DNA of 64,000 nucleotides from Antechinus flavipes (lineage: Eukaryota). The stretch is taken from positions 1,364,001 to 1,428,000 of the forward strand of contig NC_067398.1 in the NCBI RefSeq assembly GCF_016432865.1, in the 5' to 3' direction. A program made the translations under genes and the position numbers. Positions 22,511-32,089 of the stretch are shown piece by piece. The number at the start of each line of letters is the position of its first letter. Position 1 is the stretch's first letter. The notes under the pieces were generated by a model, which was given only the letters and a program-made list of their open reading frames with translations, was not told where the DNA came from and did not search any database.

Positions 22511-25500
22511 TAAGTGGGAAAAAAAATCCTGGAAAATTCCTGTGGGTTCCTGCAACAACACCGACAACCCCAAATTCCTCCACAGGATCCCTCTTCATGC
22601 CCAGGGGAATCCAAATGGAGTTTAAAATGTTTGACTGATATTGGGGACAGAAAGCTAGGGCTCATGCCATCCTGGACCCAAAGTGATAAGAACCATAGTC
22701 AGGTGAAGGGGCAGGTCAGTTCTCCGAGAGCCTCCACAGCTGTGGATCAGAGCATCTGAGGGAAATGCAGGGCAGCCTTTGCTGACACAGGGGGTGTGGA
22801 CTGGGAATGAGAGAAGTCGGAGACAGAGGGAAGAGGAGAGAGGTCAGACAAGGCGATGGCCTCTCAGTCAGAGATGTCAGAGAACAGCGAGTGCCCGTCA
22901 GTCTCCTTATATCGTCCTCTCACAAGAGGAGATCCATTCTAGATTGGACCTCCAGCAGCCACCATCAGGCGGCTCCCGTGTATTCCGACAATGCACCAGG
23001 ACACATTGTCCTGTTTTGCTTTCTCATGTTCAGTGTTGGAGCAAAGCCTGCAATGGGCTTCTCCATGATCATCCTAGGTACTAGCAAGGAGAAAGAACCA
23101 AGGTCTCATGTAGCCACGTGGTGCCCTATCTTAGAGCTCCCAACTTGGCCAAGTCCATCTACCTCTCCAAAAGGGAGTTGGGAGCCTTGTGTCTATTTGG
23201 ATGGTTTCCTGATGTCTTCAGGTGTCCTTTAGAGTCAGAATTCATCCTGTTCAGTTCCTTCAAGAAAATTTTACCTCGCTGATTGAACAAAGAGCTTATA
23301 CTATATTTAGAAGAACAACAGTTAAATAAGTTTTTTTTTTAAAAGTTACACAATTATATGTGGAATGGGAAAGTGGCATTCGGTTGCCATAGCTAAGCTA
23401 GAGTGAGGGCCGAACCCTCCTTTGGGAAAGGGTGAGCCTGGAAGTCTCTCTGCTGCCAGAGTGATCCTTTTGGGTGCCAGCCAGCCGGGGCCGTGGGGCT
23501 AGCAGAATTGCACATATGTACAATCTCCCCAGGAACCTTGACCTGGGTGGTTTTGCTCTGGAAGATGGACGATCCTTCTGGGAAGTCCCAGTAGCCCAGG
23601 CCATCCTTGGAGGCTGCAGGATGAACACGGCGCTCACGGGAGTGAGCCTCCACCAGCGCAGGTGTGGCCTGGAATGCCATTAGCGGGGGACTACACCAAG
23701 GAGCTTTTGGAGTGGAATTAGGGGGCAGAGAGAGACACCATCTGTGACATAAAGTGAGGAACCCTGAAGCTGAGCTCCCCTCTCTTTGGACCATCACAGG
23801 AGGCAGAATATACGGAGCACGCGACACACCCGCATCCCGTTGGGTGAAGAAATGCAATTAACTCAGCAGAGATGCAGGAGGGAATGAGGAGAGGAGAGCC
23901 AGAGGATCCCGGGAGCTCCTTCTCATCCCACCTCAGAGGCTGAGGGATTTGGAATGGGAAGTAATGATTCCATTCTTTGGCTCTTCCATGTGATTTATTC
24001 CACTGTTTCCTCTCAAGTTTAGCCATCACTGTGTAGTTATGGCTTTGGCTGGACTGGACGGAGGCTTGGGCTCTAGAACTAAGTGATTGATGAGAATTGC
24101 AGAGGGAAAGGTATCCACACACACAGACACACAGACACATCCCTACACATATGTCATAATCACCAGGAAGAGCTGTATAAGCAGGAGACAAGAGGCTGGA
24201 CGACTGAGTTCAAATGTGGCCCTGAAATCTGAAATATTGTCCTCGAGGTTTAATTTCGAAGCTGTAAAGTGCAGATAATGGCGCGTCTTCCTTCCAGGCG
24301 TGGGGCGATGCTTGAAAAGAGCTTGGGGAACCTGACGGCCCAATGGGGGCCAGCTGTTACTGTCGCCATTTTTGTGGCTGTCTGTAATGACCATGTTTAG
24401 CGCCCAGAGTATATTAAAATCAGCCGGAGTCAGGATAAGGGAAAATTCTTGATCTTTATTCTTTGCAGAGGTGAAGGGGAATGGCGATACCAAGTGAGAG
24501 TGATCGCCACACAAATCCGGCCAGCAGCCCCTCTGGCTCTCACTCTCCACCCACCCGATCCTCTCTGCAATCTCCTGTGCAACACATCAAACTTGCACAG
24601 AGTGGGCAGGGCCATTCTTTCTCCAAGCATATATTAATATTGTGCAATTGCTAATTAGCCTCAAGTGCTGGGGACCTCAGTGCAAGGAGCTTCAGCCGTT
24701 CCAGCCCATTACAGCTGTCTGCTTCTTGAGAAAGGCTCTCCCCGTCACCCTCGAAGGGGAGTTGGCTCATGCTCCAAGCCAGATGGCTCTCTTTGGCTAA
24801 GAGCGTCCCAGCCTCCAAGGTCTTTCTCACCTACCAGACAGTGGGTTGGAACTTGCTTCCTGTACTTCTCGGGCTTTTCAGCAGGATTGACGGCCTAAAA
24901 ATAACAGTCCTGGGTCAATACCTGCCTGCCCCTGACTGACGTTTGGGAACGACACCTTCCTTGGCACTGGCGCCTGAAGGTTGTGAAAAGCCTGATGGGC
25001 CCCATGTGGAGAGGAGAAAAGCAGGATGGCACAAAGGAGGGGAAGCCCCTTGCCAAGAGCTGGTGCTGGGAGATGCTCCTGCCACCCGGAGCATCTTCCA
25101 AAAAGTCCTCTCAGGTGGCAAGGACTTGTTAGATGCCCTGCAGATTGCGTTTCCTCCTGAGGCTGGGGGCAGCTTGGAGCCTGAAGGCACTCTCCGTGCA
25201 TGGCTGGCTAAGGGGGCAAGGGCCCTTCCTTGCCTCAGTTGTGGGCCTGGAATCCTGGGCTGCTCTCAATGGCTGCCGGTGCTTGTGAGCAGCCGGCTCG
25301 TGGAACCCCAACTGGGCGGGGTGCCCCGGCCCAGTGTCTTAGGGGCTGAGTGTCCGGGGGGAGGCGCCGCCTTTGGCCCAAGCCCAGGCCACTCCCTCCA
25401 GTGGAGCTCCGAGGGAGCGCCACCTTGGGAAGCAAGTTTCAGCTTGGTCTGCACTAAGCACCAGCTGGGCCCGGCCCAGGCCTAGGCCTTGGGAGGCCAG

Positions 25501-26557
25501 CCTCCTCCTGGACAGCTCTCAGGCCAGCTCCCGGCTTGGGGGCCCAGGAGACCTCACACCTCTGCCGGGCGCTCATGAGGGGCAAGGTCTAGAGTTACAG
25601 AACCTGGCACAGGGCCGCTAATGCCCAGACAGGGGCCGGCTGCCACCGGGTGACCCCCGGTGCCAGGGAGACACTGAGCACGCCCGGGGCTCACCAGGGT
25701 TCAGGAACATCTGCGCTGGCGCATGCGGGCCGGGGCCCTCACAGGGTGAGAGCGGCTCTGCGGAAGGGGCTCCTTTAAAGCATGTTCTGCCATCTGCCTT
25801 TGGCACAGCAACAGGGGTGGGGCCTCTGCTATCACCCCCAGGGCTTTGCTATCTCCCTGTGCAGATGGGGAGACCGGTCCTGCCCTGTGTCCCGGGGCCT
25901 GCCGGGAGCTCTGAGCGCCCCAGCACAGAATCCCAGCCGCCCGCAGCGGGCAGGGCTCTCTCCCTTCCCTCGCCTTAACTTCCGTAAGCTTCTGCTTTCT
26001 GGGTTCCCATGATGCCCAGATTTCGTCTCGGGCTAGATCCCTCAATCCATCCCCCAAAGGCTCACTACTAACAACCTCTCTAACCTGGGCAGCCCCGCCC
26101 CGCCCGGCTCAGCCCGGCCCGGTTCGGTTAACTGGTTCCGCCCACTTTTTGTCCAGAGAAGATTTTCCTTACGCCCAGTCACCCCCTCCCCACCAAGAAA
26201 CCCAAGTAAAAGGGTCCCCCCAGGGAAGGAGAGGGAACTTGCTGAGGATCGTGCTTCTGGGGCAGGGGCCCAACCGCTGCCTCCCAGAACTGGAGGATCA
26301 CAGAACCTGGCCGGGGAAGGGCCCAGAGCCTGGCGCCTCCGCCGGGGCCCAGCTTCCCAGCCCTTCCGGGACCCTCCGGTATTCCCTCCCCAGCGTCTCC
26401 CGGGGCTGCGCCGTCAACTCCAGCCCCACGCGGGGCCCCCGGCTTGGGGCTTCTCTGGCTCCCAAGACCTTCCTCACCCCTCCTGACAGGGCTGGGGGAA
26501 GTGGGGGCGGCGGAGGGGAGGGCAGCCAGCAGCCCCGGCCCCACCTGGCTCCCTCCC

Positions 26558-26597
26558 CCAATTCGGTTTCTGTTTCGGAGGAGAGTGAAAGTGAAAG
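26558..26597 (+). promoter_or_regulatory. TAPBPL proximal promoter: CCAAT plus two oppositely oriented ISRE/IRF-E motifs
   Basis: CCAAT at 26558-26562, GGTTTCTGTTTC at 26565-26576 and GAAAGTGAAAG at 26587-26597. These match the GAAANNGAAA IRF/ISRE consensus and lie 155-190 bp upstream of the ATG. TAPBPR is known to be interferon-inducible. Confidence 0.75.
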
Positions 26598-26750
26598 AGG
26601 AACGGCTCCGGGGCGGGGGAGGGAGGGAGTGGGGCCCGGCGGGCCATGGGCAGTGCGGCGGACCGACTGACGGGCGGCCCACCCTCGGAGCGGCCTCCGC
26701 GCGGACCCCCAGCCCCCCGGACTGTCAGACGGCCGCCTGTCTGCGGGGCC

Positions 26751-26808
26751 ATGGGCGTCCCGGGCCTGGGCGCCCTGCTGCTCTGCTGGGCCGCGGCCAC
26801 CTGCGCCG
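26751..26808 (+). CDS. TAPBPL: TAPBPL exon 1, signal peptide MGVPGLGALLLCWAAATCA
   Basis: Kozak context ggccATGG, hydrophobic leader, donor G|GTGAGC at 26808/26809. Confidence 0.9.
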
Positions 26809-29800
26809 GTGAGCCACTGCGGGGGGCGGTGGGGAGGGGCCGGGAGGACGGGGCCAGGGCGGTTGATGCGTGGAGTGTGTGAGTGTGAGTGTGAGTGTGA
26901 GTGAATGTGAGTGAGTGTGTGTGTGAGTGTGAATGTGTGTGAGTGTGAGNNNNNNNNNNNNNNNNNNNNNNNNNNNNNNNNNNNNNNNNNNNNNNNNNNN
27001 NNNNNNNNNNNNNNNNNNNNNNNNNNNNNNNNNNNNNNNNNNNNNNNNNNNNNNNNNNNNNNNNNNNNNNNNNNNNNNNNNNNNNNNNNNNNNNNNNNNN
27101 NNNNNNNNNNNNNNNNNNNNNNNNNNNNNNNNNNNNNNNNNNNNNNNNNNNNNNNNNNNNNNNNNNNNNNNNNNNNNNGCGCTGCGTCTCCAGGGGCGCA
27201 GGGGCAGGTGATTCCCTGGAAGCAGCGGGGCCGCTGGGGAGGGTGGGGATGAGGCCGTGGCCGCCTTCAGGTGATTGGGGCTCAGGGGCGACGGGGCTGG
27301 GCTGGAGAGAAGAAGTAGCGCGGGGGGGGGGGGGGGGGCAGGGCCGTATGCGCGGGAAGCGGGAGGAGTCGGCTTTGGGAAGCTCCCACCCTCCTCCTCC
27401 CCCCTGAAGTCTAGACTCTCCCCCTGTCCCTTTGCCCTCCCTCCGCTCCCGCCTCCTCTTTTCTTTCCCCCTGAGGCTCACGGACGGAGGGCAGGCGGCC
27501 CGAGTGTGTGCTGGGGGACAGACAGACGCCAGCCGGGGCCTGCCTCGAGGGGCTCCCCTTCCAGCTTGGCGCCGTGGCGCTGATGGGTGGGGGGCGGCCG
27601 CACCAGGTGGGGCGGGGAGGGGGCTGCGGAGGGGGGGCACGTAAGGCCTCCAGGAGGAGGTTCAGGCTGAGTCCCGGGGAGCAGGAGGGGAGCCCCGCAG
27701 GTGCGAGGGAGTGGGACGGGGCTTCAGATGCCCAACCCACTTTGCTATTGGGTCCCCGAGGTACCGGGAGCCCCTGGGGTGGCGGCCGGCGCCGGGGGCC
27801 CAGGTTGGAGGGGGCTCGCCCTTCTTTCCCTCAGCAGAGCTGGGCGCGCCCGGGGGCCCCCACAGGGGAGTGGACTTAATCCTGGACTGCAGCCTGGCCG
27901 GAGAGGACGCGCATCCCTGGGGCATCTCTGCCGGCAAGCCGGACGCGGCTCGGGCCACGCTGGTGCTGAGGCAAGTGCCCGTTCCGGATGACGGCGCGCT
28001 GGACGGCTTCACCGACTTCCCGGGGGTCACCGCGGCCCAAGGAGACGCGCCCATTGTCTTTGAGGCCTCGGGTGAGAGCTTTGGGACCCTCGCCCCTCCC
28101 GAATGCCCACAGTCCGCCCTGAGCCCATCTGCAGCTCAGTCAAATCCCGCCGGGAACTGGGGCGTCCCCCCTTCCCAGAAGCCCCCCGCGACCGGGCGCT
28201 CTTGCTCCTCACAGTGGACCGGGTGCGGCTGCCCCACGCCGAGGTCTTGCTCCACGCCGCCTGCCAGGAGAAGGTGGTGACCTGTGAGCTGTCTCGGCTC
28301 CCCCAGGCGCGCCAGGAGCCCCCTGCCCAGGAGTCCGCCTGCTTCATGGGCGCCGTCCAGGTGTCCGGGGGAGGGTTTAGTGTCTCCATGGTGATGAAGA
28401 CCCTCGGAGGGCCTGAGGGGGGGGCTCCCTTGCATCCCCAGCTGAACCTGCCCCTGAGCCCCCGGGGGACAGTGCTGGCTTCAGGTGAGGAGGCTTCAGG
28501 GCCCGGGTTTCACACCTTCTTAGGCCAGGGGAGCCTGGGTCTGGGGACCTCAGCCCAGCCCTGGGGGGGCTGACGGGGAGGGGGGGCATCTGTGGCAGCC
28601 AGGCCTCTGGCTTACCCCGCTGGGGCTCTGAGAACCTTGGGCACAGGTGGGCTCTGTGGGGCCCCGGCCGGCACTGGGGGCCTTTGGCCAGCGGAATCTC
28701 TGACGTGCTGTGCTCAGTGCCCGGGTCCCCTACCCGGGGGAGGACTTTGGGTCCTCCTTGTCGTGTCCAAACAGGGAATTCCCTAGACCAAGCTGGCCCA
28801 GAGCGGCAGGAGACCCCTCCCTTACCCCCTAGGCACCCTCCCCCACCCCATCCCACAGTGTCCCTCCCCCACCCCATAGCTGGGTGCCCAGTGGGTGCCC
28901 CTCCCCCCAGCCTGTGGATGCCCCTCCCCCCAGCCCATGGGTGCCCCTCCCCCCAGCCCCGTGGGTGCCCCTCCCCCCAGCCCTCCAGAGCCCGTGGCCC
29001 ACAGACGCTCAGCCCCCTTTCCCCCGGCACAGTGGAATTCCAGGTGATGACCCAGAAACCCTCCATCCCGGCCTCCCTCGGGGCCTCCGCCTCCCTGCCC
29101 TGCGGCTTCTCAGGGGCCCCCGGCTCTGGCCCATTCCACATCGAGTGGAGGAGGCAGCACCGGGGCCAGGGCCAGAGGGTGTACGTCTGGGCGGGGGGCC
29201 AGGGACAGGCCCTGCGGGAGGGGGCCAGGCTGGAGCCCCAGGAGCTGCTGGAGGTCGGGGACGCCTCGCTCACCCTGCCGGGCCTGACCCTGAGGGACGA
29301 GGGAGCCTACATTTGCCAGATCTCCTCTGCCCAGTACCAAGCTCAGCAGATCATTCAACTCAGCATCCTGGGTGAGAGCCCCGGGCGGGGCTGGGCTGGA
29401 GGCCCCCGGCTTCCGAGGCTCCCAAGGCTCCCAAGACCTACAGCAGCTTGGGAAATGCCCTTCCCCTAAATGCCCTTGGGAAGTGTAGGCTCCCGTGGGG
29501 TCCTCCCCGCCCGTCCTCCCCTCTCGTCCTCCCACCTGTCCTCCCTGCCCGTCCTCCCCTCTCGTCCTCCCCGCCTGTCCTCCCTGCCCGTCCTCCCCTC
29601 TCGTCCTCCCACCTGTCCTCCCCTCTCGTCCTCCCTGCCCGTCCTCCCCTCTCGTCCTCCCCGCCTGTCCTCCCTGCCCGTCCTCCCCGCCCGTCCTCCC
29701 TGCCTGTCCTCCCCTCTCGTCCTCCCTGCCTGTCCTCCCCTCTCGTCCTCCCACCCGTCCTCCCCTCTCGTCCTCCCCGCCCGTCCTCCCTGCCTGTCCT

Positions 29801-31026
29801 CCCCTCTCGCCCTCCCTGCCCGTCGTCCCTGCCTGTTCTCCCTGCCCGTCCTCCCCTCTCGTCCTCCCCGCCTGTCCTCCCTGCCCGTCCTCCCCTCTCG
29901 TCCTCCCCGCCCGTCCTCCCTGCCTGTCCTCCCCTCTCGTCCTCCCTGCCCGTCCTCCCCTCTCGTCCTCCCACCCGTCCTCCCTGCCCGTCCTCCCTTC
30001 CCGTCCTCCCTGCCCGTCCTCCCTGCCTGTCCTCCCTGCCCGTCCTCCCTTCCCGTCGTCCCTGCCTGTTCTCCCTGCCCGTCCTCCCCTCTCGTCCTCC
30101 CACCCGTCCTCCCTGCCCGTCCTCCCTTCCTGTCCTCCCTGCCCGTCCTCCCTGCCTGTCCTCCCCTCTTGTCCTCCCTGCCTGTCCTCCCTGCCCGTCC
30201 TCCCTGCCTGTCCTCCCCTCTTGTCCTCCCTGCCTGTCCTCCCCGCCTGTCCTCCCTGCCTGTCCTCCCTTCCCGTCCTCCCCGAGGTAGCCCCTCAGAC
30301 CCCTCCGGCCCGGGCAGGGTGGATCTGGCCTCCTCAGACCTTTCTCCCCTTGCCTTCCTCCTCCAGAGACCCCTAAGGTGCGCCTGGATTTGGTGGCCGA
30401 GGCCCTGCCCCCCACCCTCTTGTGTGCCATTGCCGGCTACTACCCGTTGGACGTGGCCGTGAGCTGGACCCGGGAGGAGCCGGGCGGAGCCCCGACCCCC
30501 GCCTCGGGCGCCTCCTTCTCCAGCCACCGGCAGAGCCGGGCGGGCACCTACAGCCTCTCCTCCTCTCTGAGGGCGGAGCCCGGCCCCCGGGGGGCCACCT
30601 ACGCCTGCCAGGTGGCCCATGTCTCCCTGCCCGAGCCCATCACCTTGGAGATCTGGGTGGGCCCTCCAGGTAGGGATTGCTCCAGGCTGGCCCCTCTCCC
30701 CCTCCTGGGGGCGGCTCTTGTGCCCGGCTCTCCCCAGGGCCCTCCTGGGGGCACGTCCTGCTCCGGCCCTTCTCAGCTCGGGCGTGTTGGCGTCCTTCCT
30801 CCCCTGGGCCCCTCCTGGCTCACCCCCCATCGTTCTCCCCTCAAGCCCGGGAACACATTGCATAGACTAGTTTTTGGGGACAGGACACCCCGATGGGGCG
30901 AGGGGGGCTCTCCACAACCCCCTTCTTTTGCCCACAGAGCAAGGAGCACCTCTGGGGTCCTTCCTCGCCACCGGCCTGTTCTTCCTCGCCCTCTTGTTCC
31001 TGGGCCTTCGGAGGCGCCGAGGGTAG
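26751..31026 (+). CDS. TAPBPL: TAPBPL / TAPBPR (TAP-binding-protein-related MHC class I peptide editor), spliced CDS join(26751-26808, 27835-28071, 28215-28484, 29033-29371, 30367-30669, 30938-31026), 1296 nt, 431 aa
   Basis: Six exons join in frame through GT-AG phase-1 introns. The translation gives a signal peptide, N-terminal domain, IgV, IgC, TM and a short tail. It is collinear with human TAPBPR as I recall it, e.g. LVLRQVPVPDDGALDGFTDF, HPQLNLPLSPRGTV, DASLTLPGLTLRDEGAYICQI and AGYYPLDVAVSWTREE. Confidence 0.96.
26875..27178. repeat. (TG/TGAG)n microsatellite in TAPBPL intron 1, running into an N-run (26950-27178)
   Basis: gtgtgagtgtgagtgtgagtgtgagtgaatgtgagtgagtgtgtgtgtgag, then Ns. 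Confidence 0.85.
27835..28071 (+). CDS. TAPBPL: TAPBPL exon 2 (N-terminal domain with the editing loop); tandem acceptor allows a start at 27835 or 27838
   Basis: Pyrimidine tract cttctttccctCAGCAG. Translation (A)ELGAPGGPHRGVDLILDCSLAGEDAHPWGISAGKPDAARATLVLRQ...IVFEAS. Donor G|GTGAGA. Confidence 0.95.
28215..28484 (+). CDS. TAPBPL: TAPBPL exon 3 (rest of the N-terminal domain)
   Basis: Acceptor ctcctcacAG, 270 nt encoding VDRVRLPHAEVLLHAACQEKVVTCELS...LNLPLSPRGTVLAS, donor G|GTGAGG. Confidence 0.95.
28892..28984. repeat. 23-24-bp minisatellite in TAPBPL intron 3, 4 copies
   Basis: TGG(G/A)TGCCCCTCCCCCCAGCC(C/T) repeated four times just upstream of the exon-4 acceptor. Confidence 0.85.
29033..29371 (+). 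CDS. TAPBPL: TAPBPL exon 4 (IgV domain)
   Basis: 339 nt encoding VEFQVMTQ...LPCGFS...IEWRRQHRG...DEGAYICQISSAQYQAQQIIQLSIL, with V-set Cys/Trp/DxGxYxC motifs. Donor G|GTGAGA. Confidence 0.96.
29495..30284. repeat. About 790-bp C-rich mosaic minisatellite (12-13-bp units built on GTCCTCCC) filling TAPBPL intron 4
   Basis: Variants GTCCTCCCCTCTC, GTCCTCCCTGCCC, GTCCTCCCTGCCT, GTCCTCCCCGCCC, GTCCTCCCACC and GTCCTCCCTTCCC are interspersed. Confidence 0.95.
30367..30669 (+). CDS. TAPBPL: TAPBPL exon 5 (IgC1 domain)
   Basis: Acceptor ccttcctcctccAG, 303 nt encoding ETPKVRL...LLCAIAGYYPLDVAVSW...TYACQVAHVSLPEP. Donor G|GTAGGG. Confidence 0.96.
30938..31026 (+). CDS. TAPBPL: TAPBPL exon 6 coding part (TM plus short tail, EQGAPLGSFLATGLFFLALLFLGLRRRRG*)
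   Basis: Acceptor cttttgcccacAG, hydrophobic TM, basic stop-transfer sequence, TAG at 31024-31026. A strong donor TTG|GTGAGT follows at 31053/31054. Confidence 0.88.
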
Positions 31027-32083
31027 AGCCAGAGCCTCCCTCCCCACTTGTTGGTGAGTCCCCCCGGGATCCCGCCCTCCCCCGTCGGGGCTCCTCTCAC
31101 TGGGCTTTCCCTCAGTCTCCCATCTGCCCCAGGAGCCGCGGAAGCTGGCCGCCCCAGCCCGGGCCTGAAGAGCTTTCCTCCATGTTAGAGCCAGCCTGGC
31201 TCGGAGAGCTCCGGAGATAGGGTCCGCTCCCCTCTCCCACAGGTGCTCCACGCTGGCACAGTGCGCAGGGTCAGGAAGCGCCCCCTCACCCCAAGCCTAG
31301 GCTCGCCTTCCCTTCAGCCGTTCCTCGTCCAGCCTGCAGAATGGTCCGACCGCCCCCCACGCCCGGACCTCCTCCAGGGGCAGCTCTCCATCCCCCTCTC
31401 CCTGACTCAGCCGCCCAGCGTCGGGCGGGCAGGGCCCAGCCATGGCCCCTTCTGGGTCTGGGACCTCCAAGCGCGTCTGGGTCCGGTGGCCTTCACACGT
31501 CTCACGTTGGGTCTTTCGTCCTAACTGCAAACGGACCCTTTCCTGGGCAGACGCCTCATCGTCCCTCTGGATCTGGGATTCTCTGAGCTCCCTTTGACAT
31601 CATCCTGGGGCTCCCTCCCTGGCTCCCCCTTAGCTCCTCAATGGGGGCCCGCCACCTTCCTCCCCTCCCTGACCCAGCGCAGCCGAAGGCGACATCGCCG
31701 GCCCGTGGCCACCATTCCATGCAGTTGACTCATATTGAGTTTTGAACCCCCTAAAATCCTCAGGTAATTTTTCAGAGGAGTCACCTTTCTCCTCGTGCCC
31801 TTGGGCCGTTTATTGCTTGGACTCGGCTGGAAGACTTTACATTGCTCCTGTCGGGTTTTACTGATGAATTTGGATTTGGAGCCCAGCTAGGCCCTGGTTC
31901 TCCAGGAAGGGTCCTGAGGAGAGTCCTCCCTGGCCAGAGAGTCTGAAATTCATCCTGAGACCCTCGCCCAAGGTCCAAGAGAGGAGCCGGTGGTGAGGAG
32001 AGGCTGGGGCAGCCCCTGGACAGGGAGAGGTGGGAGCAGGGCCTGGAAAGGAGCCCTTTGCCCCCCAAACTCCAATGCGTCTC

Positions 32084-32089
32084 AATAAA
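32084..32089 (+). terminator. Candidate polyadenylation signal of TAPBPL
   Basis: AATAAA about 1 kb after the stop, followed by a pyrimidine-rich stretch. It is the first AATAAA I saw downstream of exon 6. Confidence 0.55.

Larger units (their letters stand above)
26080..28500. promoter_or_regulatory. CpG-island-like region over the TAPBPL promoter and exons 1-3
   Basis: Visibly high GC with dense CG dinucleotides and GC boxes (e.g. CCGCCC near 26146). Boundaries were estimated by eye. Confidence 0.7.

Noticed and set aside
23590-23661. LTGVSLHQRR resembling the CD27 TM end (ALFLHQRR)
   Set aside because: The preceding segment contains Arg and Asn and is not a credible TM helix, and no CD27 cysteine-rich exons are found upstream.
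29495-30284. Similarity of CCTCCCTGCCCGT to the human PRDM9 motif
   Set aside because: The match is imperfect, and PRDM9 zinc-finger specificity is not transferable from human to marsupials.
29110-30863. Long ORFs (214-465 aa) on both strands across intron 4, including RGG-like GGRAGRTGRED repeats
   Set aside because: They exist because the minisatellite contains no stop codons. They overlap real TAPBPL exons antisense or out of frame and lack credible gene structure.
26751-31026. Calling the gene tapasin (TAPBP)
   Set aside because: The sequence follows TAPBPR motifs (VDxxLDC, DFTDF, GYYPLDV) and has no C-terminal KKxx. The MHC-region neighbours of TAPBP are not visible.
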